From contig OZ243927.1 in NCBI GenBank assembly GCA_965213925.1, positions 2,048,001 through 2,112,000 on the forward strand: a stretch of 64,000 nucleotides of DNA, written 5' to 3'. The notes under the pieces were generated by a model that was given only the letters and a program-made list of their open reading frames with translations, searched no databases and was not told where the DNA came from. Position numbers and translations under genes: made by a program. The stretch is from Trueperaceae bacterium (GTDB lineage: Bacteria; Deinococcota; Deinococci; Deinococcales; Trueperaceae). This document shows, in pieces, positions 9,469 through 18,612 of the stretch; the stretch's first letter is position 1; each line of letters begins with the position of its first letter.

Positions 9469-10247
9469 AACACGCCAGAGTCATCGCTGATGGACATTAC
9501 GAAGACGTTCTCATCGAGGGGAACCAAGTCGTCACCGCGTCGGGTCAGCGCTATAAACAGAATGAGGTGACGTGGCTCCCGCCCGTCGAACCGGGTACGA
9601 TCCTCGCGCTCGCGCTCAATTACGGCGACCACGCTACCGAACTCGACTTAGAGCGCCCCGAAGTCCCCGCCCTCTTCCCCAAACTCCGCAACGCACTCAC
9701 GGGTCACTTGGGTAATATCGTCAGACCGCACGGTATCGAATACATGCACTACGAGAACGAACTCGCCATCATCATCGGCAGACCGGCGCGGCGGGTGAGG
9801 GCAGAGAACGCTTTGGATTACGTCAAAGGTTACACGATTGCGAATGATTTAGTCGTGCGCGACTTCGTCATCAACCACTTTCGCCCGCCGATCAAGCCCA
9901 AGAACTTCGATACCTTTTTGCCACTGGGTCCGTGGTGGGTGGACGCCGAAGATATTCCCGACCCGCATGACTTAAAGCTCACGACGCATGTGAATGGCGA
10001 ACTGCGACAAGAGGGCACGACAGGGGACATGCTTTACAGAATCCCTGAAATCATCGAATACGTCTCCGAATTTATGACTTTGCAGGAGAACGACCTCATC
10101 TTGACGGGGACGCCCAAAGGGATTTCTCACGTGCATCCGGGGGATGAGATTCGTTGTGAGATTGAAAACGTGGGGGTTTTGGAAAACAAGGTGGTTGAGG
10201 AGAGGCTCGAGGCTGCCGGTCCCAAGAAAAGAGAGGTGAGCGCGTGA
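9465..10247 (+). CDS. hpaG: Fumarylacetoacetate hydrolase family, HpaG-type isomerase/decarboxylase
   Basis: MHYENEL, GYTIAND, K.FDTF.PLGPW, LTGTP motifs. Confidence 0.82.
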   Translation: MKHARVIADGHYEDVLIEGNQVVTASGQRYKQNEVTWLPPVEPGTILALALNYGDHATELDLERPEVPALFPKLRNALTGHLGNIVRPHGIEYMHYENELAIIIGRPARRVRAENALDYVKGYTIANDLVVRDFVINHFRPPIKPKNFDTFLPLGPWWVDAEDIPDPHDLKLTTHVNGELRQEGTTGDMLYRIPEIIEYVSEFMTLQENDLILTGTPKGISHVHPGDEIRCEIENVGVLENKVVEERLEAAGPKKREVSA

Positions 10248-11776
10248 GCGGCGCAGTTCCAGTTTTTAGCGAAAGCGCCACCAATCAAGAAAAGGTTGAA
10301 CCATTTCGCCAAAAGGTTGCTGAAAGAGGTATCAAACACCTCATCAACGGCGAATGGGTTGCGTCGGCGTCGGGTGAGACCTTCGAAACACTGAGTCCGA
10401 TTGACAACAGCGTGATTGCTGAGGTTGCCTCGGGCAATGCAGAAGATATCGACAAAGCCGCGAAAGCCGCCGCCGAAGCCTTCAAAACCTGGCGCAACAT
10501 CAACCCGAAAGAACGCAAACGCCTCCTCCACCGCGTCGCCGACCTCATCGAAGACCGCGCTGAAGAAATCGCCCTCTTAGAAGTTCTCGACACCGGGCAG
10601 ACGATTCGCTTCATGAGCAAAGCAGCGACTAGAGCCGCCCAAAACTTTCGCTTCTTCGCGGACAGGTGTGAGCGCGCGAGGGATGGCTCGAGCCTCCCCA
10701 CAGATGAACACCTCAACTACACCATCCGCCAACCTATCGGTCCGGTGGGCATCATCACCCCCTGGAACACGCCCTTCATGCTCTCGACGTGGAAGATGGC
10801 TCCCGCGCTCGCCGCAGGCTGCACTGTCGTTCACAAACCCGCCGAGTGGAGTCCGGTTACGGCGTCGCTGCTCTCTGAGATTATCCATGAAGCAGGCGTC
10901 CCCGAGGGCGTCGTCAACCTCGTCAACGGCTACGGCGAAACCGCAGGCAAGGCGCTGACCGAGCACCCCGACATCAAGGCGGTGGCGTTCGTCGGTGAGT
11001 CGGTCACAGGTAGCCACATCATGGCGCAGGGCGCGGCGACTTTGAAGCGGGTGCATTTCGAGCTGGGCGGGAAAAATCCCGTCGTGGTATTTGACGATGC
11101 AGATTTAGAACGCGCTTTAGACGCCGCGATGTTTATGATCTACAGCTTGAACGGGGAGAGGTGTACCTCTTCAAGTCGCCTTTTGGTCCAAGAGAGCGTG
11201 TACGACGATTTCACCGCCAAACTCGCCGAACGCGCCAAGAACATCACCGTCGGCGACCCCTTCGACCCCGCGACGGACATCGGTCCACTCATCCACCCTA
11301 AGCATTTGGAAAAGGTCATGAGCTATATGGATTTAGCTCGAGATGAAGGCGCAACCGTCGCGGCTGGCGGTGAAAACGTTGAGGGTAACTTGGTAAACGC
11401 TACCCTTTTTACAGGTGCAAGAAACGACATGCGCGTCGCCCAAGAGGAGATTTTCGGTCCCGTTCTCACGGCGATACCTTTTAAGGACGAAGCGGAAGCC
11501 TTAGAGATTGCCAACGGTGTGCGCTACGGGCTCGCGGCGTACCTCTGGACGAAGGACGTGACCCGCGCTCACCGCTTCGCGCAGAGCCTGGACGCGGGCA
11601 TGGTCTGGGTCAACTCGCAGAACGTCCGCCATTTGCCCACGCCCTTCGGCGGGATGAAGGCGTCAGGCGTGGGGCGTGATGGGGGGGACTACTCATTCGA
11701 CTTCTACATGGAGACGAAGAATATCGCGGTGGCGTTGGGGGAACACCGTATTCCCAAATTGGGAAGTGGCGAGTAG
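10244..11776 (+). CDS. hpaE: 5-carboxymethyl-2-hydroxymuconate semialdehyde dehydrogenase
   Basis: ALDH motifs ITPWNTPFM, FELGGKNP, SLNGERCT, NSQNVRHLPTPFGG. Confidence 0.92.
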   Translation: MSGAVPVFSESATNQEKVEPFRQKVAERGIKHLINGEWVASASGETFETLSPIDNSVIAEVASGNAEDIDKAAKAAAEAFKTWRNINPKERKRLLHRVADLIEDRAEEIALLEVLDTGQTIRFMSKAATRAAQNFRFFADRCERARDGSSLPTDEHLNYTIRQPIGPVGIITPWNTPFMLSTWKMAPALAAGCTVVHKPAEWSPVTASLLSEIIHEAGVPEGVVNLVNGYGETAGKALTEHPDIKAVAFVGESVTGSHIMAQGAATLKRVHFELGGKNPVVVFDDADLERALDAAMFMIYSLNGERCTSSSRLLVQESVYDDFTAKLAERAKNITVGDPFDPATDIGPLIHPKHLEKVMSYMDLARDEGATVAAGGENVEGNLVNATLFTGARNDMRVAQEEIFGPVLTAIPFKDEAEALEIANGVRYGLAAYLWTKDVTRAHRFAQSLDAGMVWVNSQNVRHLPTPFGGMKASGVGRDGGDYSFDFYMETKNIAVALGEHRIPKLGSGE

Positions 11777-11798
11777 TGAATGAAGATTTTATAGAGGA

Positions 11799-11850
11799 AA
11801 GGACTGAGAAAAAAGAGGAAAGTTTTATCTTCTACTTTCTCTCAGTCCTT
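11799..11850. repeat. Purine/pyrimidine hairpin repeat (AAGGACTGAG...CTCAGTCCTT)
   Basis: Inverted arms; related copy at 28763-28825. Confidence 0.65.
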
Positions 11851-11909
11851 AGTTCTTCTGTGCGAAAACTACGTAACAGTCCTTTTAACTTCTCCGAAGG
11901 AGGTGATTT

Positions 11910-12176
11910 ATGGGAAGAGTGATTGAGTTGGAACTCGAGACCGATGAAAACGGTGAACTTCATTTGACGAGAGAGCAGCTAGGCAGCATTGGGGCTCATC
12001 AGAACGTGAAGGTGAGACTCGAGAAAGGATCGAAGCCTGCGTGGGGACCGAGGTGGGCGAACATGACGCCGGAAGAACGGGCAAAGGATTTTGAAGCGTG
12101 GGCGAGGCGCTTTAGAGATGATGATGCACCCGCTCTTTCGGACTGGGCAGTCAGTAGAGATTCCATTTACGACTAA
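11910..12176 (+). CDS. Putative antitoxin (VapB-like)
   Basis: 88 aa, AGGAGG RBS, C-terminal LSD..SRDSIY, overlaps PIN gene start. Confidence 0.7.
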   Translation: MGRVIELELETDENGELHLTREQLGSIGAHQNVKVRLEKGSKPAWGPRWANMTPEERAKDFEAWARRFRDDDAPALSDWAVSRDSIYD

Positions 12177-12622
12177 TGGTACTTCTTGATACCAATATCT
12201 GCTTGCGCTTAGCGAACGCTAACGCACCTCAACATGCGCTGGTATCTGGAGCAGTTAAAACGCTCTTTAGTCAAGGAAATGAGCTTGTGGTTGTGCCACA
12301 AAATTTCTACGAATTCTGGTCAGTCGTGACGCGCCCTTCGAGCAGTAACGGTTTCGGTTGGGACGTTTCACGGGCAGAACAGGCAGTTGAGATGCTGCGC
12401 TCACGCTTCGCACTGCTCAACGATGCGCCCGATCTACTTGAGAACTGGCTCGAGCTTGTCACCCGCTATGACGTCAAAGGCAAACAAGTCCACGACGCCC
12501 GCCTAGTCGCCGCGATGCAAGCGCATAAAATAAAGAACCTCTTGACGCTGAATATCAAAGACTTTGAGCGCTATTCGGAGATTGAGGCGGTTCATCCAAA
12601 AGGAGTGGTTGGCAGTGAGTAG
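12176..12622 (+). CDS. PIN-domain (VapC-like) toxin
   Basis: LLDTN, E, HDARLVA, T.N.KDF acidic PIN residues. Confidence 0.9.
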   Translation: MVLLDTNICLRLANANAPQHALVSGAVKTLFSQGNELVVVPQNFYEFWSVVTRPSSSNGFGWDVSRAEQAVEMLRSRFALLNDAPDLLENWLELVTRYDVKGKQVHDARLVAAMQAHKIKNLLTLNIKDFERYSEIEAVHPKGVVGSE

Positions 12623-12995
12623 CGCCTATCCGAAGAAAGAAGTTTGGGATAAAGTCATGAGTCGTTACAAAGAACTTATTGAAGAGCATGGTTTGACGTA
12701 CTTTGCTCCGTTTCTAAGCGTTCTCGAGCAACTTGCTCAATCGGAATACGGCAAGATACTTCATCCAACTATAGCTATGCATACTTTTGTGATTGCTTCT
12801 ACGCCTCACTACCCCGAGCGTCTGCATAAACCTTTCATCGTTCTAGCTCCAAAGAAGGATGATGTTGAAGTGACTCTAGGACCATCGCTTGAAGACTACG
12901 ACCGCCGTTTCTCCTTTTCGTACGACACAGTTTTCGAAGAGATTCAACCACTGTTGCTAAGCCTATTAGGTTACACATCCGTTCACGAGTCTTAG
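12615..12995 (+). CDS. Hypothetical protein
   Basis: AGGAG RBS then GTG 12615; fills gap between PIN gene and hpaB; lower GC. Confidence 0.6.
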   Translation: MSSAYPKKEVWDKVMSRYKELIEEHGLTYFAPFLSVLEQLAQSEYGKILHPTIAMHTFVIASTPHYPERLHKPFIVLAPKKDDVEVTLGPSLEDYDRRFSFSYDTVFEEIQPLLLSLLGYTSVHES

Positions 12996-13011
12996 TCGAA
13001 AGGAGCCCCAC

Positions 13012-14496
13012 ATGCCCGCACGCACCGGCAAACAATTCCTAGAAGGTCTCAAACGAAATCCACCGAATATCTACATTGACGGTGAGAAAATAGAAGACCC
13101 CACCACGCACGTCTACACCAAAAACGCCGCTGCCAGCATCGCCAAGCTCTACGACTTGCAGCATGAGCCTAAGTTGCGCGACACAATGACCTATGAAAGC
13201 CCGACGACAGGCGACAGGGTTGGGCTGAGCTTTTTGGAGCCTAAGTCGAGGGAGGACTTAGAGCGCCGCGCCAAGATGCACAAGGTTTGGGCGGACGCCT
13301 CTTTAGGTTTCATCGGACGCGCCCCCGACTACATGAACGTCAACTTGATGGCGGCGGCGAAGGCGGCGCAGTACTTCGACCAGGGCGACCCGCGCTTTGG
13401 CGAGAATATGAAATCCTACTATGAGTACGTCCGCGAAAACGACCTCTGCTTGACGCACGCCTTGACCAACCCGCAGGTGAACCGAGAGGCGAGAGCCGAC
13501 CAGCACGACGATCCTTACATCGCGTTGGGACTTGTCAAAGAGACGGATGAAGGCATCATCGTGCGCGGAGCGCGGATGATGGCGACGCTGCCCATCGCCG
13601 ATGAAATCCTCATCTTCCCCTCGACGGTTCTCAAGGAGCAAGAGGAGCTGACGCGCTATGCTCTAGCCTTCGCCGTGCCGACGAATACGCCAGGACTATC
13701 GTTTCAATGCCGCGAGCCTTTAGACATCGGGCGGAGTCACGAAGACCATCCGCTCGGCTCCCGCTTCGACGAACTCGACGCGATGGTCATCTTCGACGAC
13801 GTGCTCGTCCCCTGGGATAGAGTGTTTATCATCAACGATGTGAAGCTCGCCAACCGCGCCTACGGCACGACGGGCGCGGTCTACCATATGGCGCATCAAG
13901 TCGTGAACGTCAAAATCGCCAAGACGGAGGCGTTTTTGGGCGTGGCGCAGTCCATCGTGGACATGATCGGCTCGGCTCGGTTTCAGCACGTGCAGCAGAA
14001 GGTGGCGGAAATCATCATCAACTTAGAGGTGATGAAAGCGCTTAAAATCGCCAGCGAGCAGGGCGCGATGTTAGACGAATACGGCACGATGACGCCCGCT
14101 AAGGGACCCTTAAACGCCGCCCGCAACCTCTACCCGCAGCTCTACCCGCGCATGGCGGAGGTGATTCAACTCCTCAGCGCCTCGGGCATCATCATGATTC
14201 CGACTGAAAATGACCGCAAGGGACCGATGGGCGACACAATCGCTAAGTTTTTGCAGGCTCGAGGTGCGAATAGCGACGAGCGCATCAAGCTCTACCGCCT
14301 CGCGTGGGACATGACCATCTCGAGCTTCGGCGCACGCCAAAACTTGTACGAAAAGTTCTTCTTCGGCGACCCGGTGAGGACGCAGTGTGCGCTGTACGAG
14401 AACTACGACAAGGAGCCCTATGTGGAGAGGATAAAAGCGTTTTTGGAGCGGAGTGACGAAGCGGTGAATGAGCCAGTGGAGGTGAGTAGTCAGTAG
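13012..14496 (+). CDS. hpaB: 4-hydroxyphenylacetate 3-monooxygenase, oxygenase component
   Basis: [36 protein letters not shown] motifs. Confidence 0.95.
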   Translation: MPARTGKQFLEGLKRNPPNIYIDGEKIEDPTTHVYTKNAAASIAKLYDLQHEPKLRDTMTYESPTTGDRVGLSFLEPKSREDLERRAKMHKVWADASLGFIGRAPDYMNVNLMAAAKAAQYFDQGDPRFGENMKSYYEYVRENDLCLTHALTNPQVNREARADQHDDPYIALGLVKETDEGIIVRGARMMATLPIADEILIFPSTVLKEQEELTRYALAFAVPTNTPGLSFQCREPLDIGRSHEDHPLGSRFDELDAMVIFDDVLVPWDRVFIINDVKLANRAYGTTGAVYHMAHQVVNVKIAKTEAFLGVAQSIVDMIGSARFQHVQQKVAEIIINLEVMKALKIASEQGAMLDEYGTMTPAKGPLNAARNLYPQLYPRMAEVIQLLSASGIIMIPTENDRKGPMGDTIAKFLQARGANSDERIKLYRLAWDMTISSFGARQNLYEKFFFGDPVRTQCALYENYDKEPYVERIKAFLERSDEAVNEPVEVSSQ

Positions 14497-14545
14497 TCAG
14501 CATGTGAGCAAACTACTGACTACTGAATGCTGATCCCTGACTACC
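14485..14545. repeat. Heptamer tandem repeats forming an inverted repeat
   Basis: AGTAGTCAGTAGT (14485-14497) vs ACTACTGACTACT (14512-14524). Confidence 0.75.
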
Positions 14546-14555
14546 CAGGAGTTTT

Positions 14556-15542
14556 ATGCCCATAACCTCAGCCAACGCCAACCCGCCTTTCAACCTCATC
14601 CGCCTCAGTCACCTAGAACTCGGTGTGACGGATTTGGAGCGCTCTAAAGCCTTCTACATCGACGCCCTCGGACTGATTGAAACGGAAGCAACGAGCACCT
14701 CTCTCTACTTGCGGGGGCTCGAGGAGCGCAATCACCACTCCATCATCCTGACGAAGACCGACACGCCCGTATGCCGCCGCCTCGCTTATAAAGTCGGTTC
14801 CGAAGAGGATTTGGACAGAGCCGAAGTGTTCTTTCGGGAGAGAGGTTTAGAGCCGCAGTGGGTTGAGCGACATGCGCAAGGGCGAACGCTCGCGGTGCGG
14901 GACCCGTTTGGGGTTCCTTTAGAGTTCTACTACCGAATGACGCAAGTTGAACGCCGACTCCAGTATTACGGCGAATACCAGGGCGCACAAATTATGAGGA
15001 TTGACCACTTCAACCTCTTCGCTTCAGATTTGCAGGGTACGCACGACTTCTACGCGGGCGAGTTGGGCTTTCGCACCACGGAGTACACCGAAACCGAAGG
15101 CAATGACCCCAAGCTGTGGGCGGTCTGGATGCACCGAAAAGGAAACGTTCACGACTTAGCTTTAACAAATGGGCGTGGACCCCGCTTGCATCACATTGGC
15201 GTGTGGGTTCCCACCGCTATGAATATCATTCATTGCTGCGATGTGCTCGCGACGACGGGGTACGTGAACGCCTTAGAGCGCGGTCCCGGACGGCACGGCA
15301 TCTCGAACGCCTTTTTTCTCTACATCCGCGACCCTGATGGGCACCGCACCGAGTTATTCACCAGCGACTACCTCACCGTAGACCCCGACTTCGAGCCGAT
15401 TCGCTGGACCTTGAACGACCCGCAACGGCAGACCTTGTGGGGTGCGCCTGCGCCGAAAACGTGGTTTGAGGAGGGGACGCCGTTTGAAGAGGTGGAGGTG
15501 AAAGAGCCGGTGTTAGAAGAGCGTCCGGTAGTGGCGGTCTGA
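14556..15542 (+). CDS. hpaD: 3,4-dihydroxyphenylacetate 2,3-dioxygenase (VOC fold)
   Basis: DHFN, GPRLHH, ERGPGRHGISNAFFLY.RDPDGHR.E motifs. Confidence 0.93.
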   Translation: MPITSANANPPFNLIRLSHLELGVTDLERSKAFYIDALGLIETEATSTSLYLRGLEERNHHSIILTKTDTPVCRRLAYKVGSEEDLDRAEVFFRERGLEPQWVERHAQGRTLAVRDPFGVPLEFYYRMTQVERRLQYYGEYQGAQIMRIDHFNLFASDLQGTHDFYAGELGFRTTEYTETEGNDPKLWAVWMHRKGNVHDLALTNGRGPRLHHIGVWVPTAMNIIHCCDVLATTGYVNALERGPGRHGISNAFFLYIRDPDGHRTELFTSDYLTVDPDFEPIRWTLNDPQRQTLWGAPAPKTWFEEGTPFEEVEVKEPVLEERPVVAV

Positions 15543-15547
15543 TTGAC

Positions 15548-15671
15548 GTCACTCTGAACGCAACCCTTCGGCAAGCTCAGGACAGGCTCCGTGGAGTGAA
15601 GAATCTCTGCATTCGCCTTCTCCTCCAGTGGGGAATGAAAGACGAGACCCTTCACGTTCGTTCAGGGTGAC
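15548..15671. repeat. REP-like palindrome, GTCAYYCTGA...TCAGRRTGAC family (core copy 1)
   Basis: GTCACTCTGAACG / CGTTCAGGGTGAC terminal arms; internal similarity to copies at 42123, 47590, 56071. Confidence 0.85.
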
Positions 15672-15732
15672 ATCAAATGGGTGATAGGCGAGAGGTGGGT
15701 CATTCTCAATCTTCACTCAACCGCTCACTCTC

Positions 15733-15761
15733 TTGCGAACGAACGTTAGGTTGGGTATGCT
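15733..15761 (+). promoter_or_regulatory. Promoter with overlapping PaaR-like box
   Basis: TTGCGA-17-TATGCT; CGAACGAACGTTAG at 15736-15749 matches CNAACGNNCGTTNG exactly. Confidence 0.75.
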
Positions 15762-15842
15762 TACGGAGTATAGAAAAATGTAGAAGGCTGCGCTCCGAAC
15801 GCTTTTTGTCGTAATTCCAGCGTGGTCTAAGGAGGATGAGAT

Positions 15843-17030
15843 ATGAACATCGGCAAAGTCTCTCTCACGGTAATGCTCACGACTTGCTTGATGCTAGGTG
15901 CTGCTTTCGCCCAAACCATCCGCATCGGCGCAGTCGCTTCAGCAACGGGTCCGGCTTCAGCGCTCGGCGAGCCCGAAGCGAACACTTTTCGGCTTTTGCA
16001 ACAGCAACTCAACGACGCGGGCGGCATCGCGGGCTTTCCCGTCGAAATCATCTTTTTAGACGACGCCACCGAGACCTCCCAAGCCGTGACGAATGTCCGC
16101 CGCCTCATCAGTGAGGAAGAGGTCCACGCGGTGATTTGCTGCACGATTACGGCGAACTCGCTCGCGATTATCGACACCGTTCAAGAGGCTGAGGTTCCTA
16201 CCGTTTCGATGGCGGCGTCTGCCTCGATCATCGAGCCCGTCGAAGAGCGTTACTGGGTCTTCAAGACGCCGCAGACAGACCGCTTGATGATTGAAGGCAT
16301 CGTCGAAGATATTCAGGCGCAGGGGTTTGAGAGCGTTGCCTTTATGGGTTTGGATGACGCTTACGGCGAGGGCGGCTTGACGGAGTTTCAAGCACTTGCT
16401 GAAGAGGCGGGCATCACGATTCCTACCGTCGAGCGGCACGGACGCAACGATACGAACGTGACGCCGCAAGCGTTGCGTGTCGTCTCGCGTCAGCCTGATG
16501 CCGTGCTCGTCTGGGGCGTCGTTCGTGATTCCGCTCTAGTCGTCAATGCACTTCGTGACAGAGGCTACGAAGGACAGATTTATGTGAGTCACGGGACGGG
16601 CAACCCCGAGTTTTTACAGCTCGGCGGTGACGCGATTGAGGGAACCCTTCTTCCCATCGGTCCGATGATCGTGGCGGAGCAGCTTCCTGATGACAGCGAG
16701 ATTAAGCCGGTGGCGCTCGAGTACATCACCGCCTACGAAGCTGAATACGGCGACGGCACCGCGAGCACCTTCGGCGGTCACGCCCAAGACGCCGTGAAAC
16801 TTTTAGAACTCGCTATAACCCAAGTCGTCGAAGAGGGCGCAGACTTGAGCGATTTAGACGCCGCCCGCACCGCGATTCGCGACGCTTTAGAAGCGGCTGA
16901 ACCTTACACTGGAATAGGCGGTGTCTTCGACTACACCGCTGAAGACCACTTAGGTCTCGATGAGCGTGCTTTAGTTCTTGTCGAGATTCGAGATAATACT
17001 TGGACGCTCGCCGAACAAGAAGCTGAGTGA
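15843..17030 (+). CDS. Liv-type ABC substrate-binding protein (probable aromatic acid)
   Basis: Signal peptide AFA-Q, IRIG...TGPASALG, acidic; context. Confidence 0.88.
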   Translation: MNIGKVSLTVMLTTCLMLGAAFAQTIRIGAVASATGPASALGEPEANTFRLLQQQLNDAGGIAGFPVEIIFLDDATETSQAVTNVRRLISEEEVHAVICCTITANSLAIIDTVQEAEVPTVSMAASASIIEPVEERYWVFKTPQTDRLMIEGIVEDIQAQGFESVAFMGLDDAYGEGGLTEFQALAEEAGITIPTVERHGRNDTNVTPQALRVVSRQPDAVLVWGVVRDSALVVNALRDRGYEGQIYVSHGTGNPEFLQLGGDAIEGTLLPIGPMIVAEQLPDDSEIKPVALEYITAYEAEYGDGTASTFGGHAQDAVKLLELAITQVVEEGADLSDLDAARTAIRDALEAAEPYTGIGGVFDYTAEDHLGLDERALVLVEIRDNTWTLAEQEAE

Positions 17031-17036
17031 ACCTGA

Positions 17037-17062
17037 GGGGTGGCTTCGGCTGCCCTTTCTTC
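17037..17062 (+). terminator. Hairpin/terminator after SBP gene
   Basis: GGGTGGC-TTCG-GCTGCCC followed by TTTCTT. Confidence 0.6.
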
Positions 17063-17098
17063 TAAATAACATCTTCGTAGGTGAGGTAAAACGAACAC

Positions 17099-17560
17099 GT
17101 GTTTTATTTGGAGCTTCCTCCCGAAATGATGACCGTCTACGATGAGGATTATTATTCAGGAAAGATTCGTATAGAAAATTTCCAGGAGACCTTTCTGGCT
17201 TCTTCTACGTTTTGGAAAATTGAGGACTACCACCGACAGTGGATAGAAGCCTTACGCAATATACAAGAAGGGTCTCTTCGGGAGGCACTCATCACTTCGA
17301 TGTACGACCCCGCCAACGCCCACTTTTTCGACTGGTGGTTACTCTATAGAGAGAAAGACTCGATATGCGTACAAAACCAAATTTTTATGTTTGGCGAGAG
17401 CTTGCTAAACCTCGAGGAGGTAAAGTACCGAGATTTGAGAAGAGAGATTCCCCTACGCGAAGTACATGATGAAGATGGAAAGCTGATTTCTGAATGGACG
17501 ACGAGCGTGAATTCGGTGTCCAACTTCTACAGGCAGCTAATGCGAGATAGGGAAGGTTGA
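17099..17560 (+). CDS. CdiI-like immunity protein (orphan)
   Basis: W.IEDY..QW, L.TSMYDP...F..W.LY, VQNQI, DEDG..ISEW motifs recalled from the Enterobacter cloacae-type CdiI. Confidence 0.7.
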   Translation: MFYLELPPEMMTVYDEDYYSGKIRIENFQETFLASSTFWKIEDYHRQWIEALRNIQEGSLREALITSMYDPANAHFFDWWLLYREKDSICVQNQIFMFGESLLNLEEVKYRDLRREIPLREVHDEDGKLISEWTTSVNSVSNFYRQLMRDREG

Positions 17561-18612
17561 GCGCTTTGTTCGAACCCTCGATTATTTTAACGCTTCTCTT
17601 CGATGGACTTACCAACGGCGCAATTTACGCTTTCATGGCGCTAGGTATCGTCGTGCTCTACTCCGTGACGAGCGTGATCAACGTTGCACAAGGAGAATTT
17701 GTGATGCTCTCAGCGCTGACCGTCGCAAGTTTCCAAGCGGCGCAGGTGCCGGGGACGCTCTATCTCGTTGTAGCGGGGCTCGTAGCGTGGGCGCTCTTTG
17801 AGGCGGTTGGTGCACTTTTGGAGCGGCGCTATTTGCAGGCGCTGGTTCGCGCCGTTGTCCCCTTACTCGCTGCAGCGGGTATCTATTTCGTCATCACGCT
17901 GGCGGTTTCGGCAGGGCTCAACTACTGGCTACAAATCCTGCTTGCAGTGGCGCTTACAACACTTCTCGGACCTCTTTGCTACCGGCTTATCGTGCAACCT
18001 CTTCCCAGGGCTTCCGTCTTGGTCTTCCTCATCCTCACCATCGGCTTGCACCTCGCGCTGACGGGCTTAGGGCTCGCCTTTTGGGGACCCAACGCTTACG
18101 ACATCCCTCCCTTTCAAGAGGGCGGCACGCTGCTCGGACCCGTCTTTGTAAGCTACCAGAGTTTGTGGGTGCTCGCGGTGGCTGCGCTGATGATGACACT
18201 TCTTTATCTCTTTTTTAGCCGCAGCATCTACGGCAAGGCGCTCCGGGCAGCGGCGGTGAACCGTTTGGGGGCGCGGCTCGTCGGGGTGAGCGCGGTGCAA
18301 GCGGGGAGCCTGAGCTTTACGATTTCGGTCTTTTTGAGCGCGGTGGCAGGCGTGCTGATTACGCCGATTACGAAGATGGTGTATGACTTCGGGTTTTTGC
18401 TCGGGCTCAAAGGATTCGTCGGCGCAGTGATTGGCGGACTCGTCAATCCAGCAGTGGCCGCGTTAGGCGCTTTGTTCGTCGGAGTGGCGGAGCAGTTTAG
18501 CGCGTTTTATATCTCCTCAGCGTATAAAGATGTTCTCGTCTTCCTCTTGATTATTCCAGTTCTCTTAGTCCGCTCCTTGCAGCACCAAGACTTCGAGGAG
18601 CACGTGGACTGA
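17557..18612 (+). CDS. Liv-type ABC permease (LivH-like)
   Basis: DGLTNGAIYA, INVAQGEF, GKALRA motifs. Confidence 0.9.
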   Translation: MSALFEPSIILTLLFDGLTNGAIYAFMALGIVVLYSVTSVINVAQGEFVMLSALTVASFQAAQVPGTLYLVVAGLVAWALFEAVGALLERRYLQALVRAVVPLLAAAGIYFVITLAVSAGLNYWLQILLAVALTTLLGPLCYRLIVQPLPRASVLVFLILTIGLHLALTGLGLAFWGPNAYDIPPFQEGGTLLGPVFVSYQSLWVLAVAALMMTLLYLFFSRSIYGKALRAAAVNRLGARLVGVSAVQAGSLSFTISVFLSAVAGVLITPITKMVYDFGFLLGLKGFVGAVIGGLVNPAVAALGALFVGVAEQFSAFYISSAYKDVLVFLLIIPVLLVRSLQHQDFEEHVD

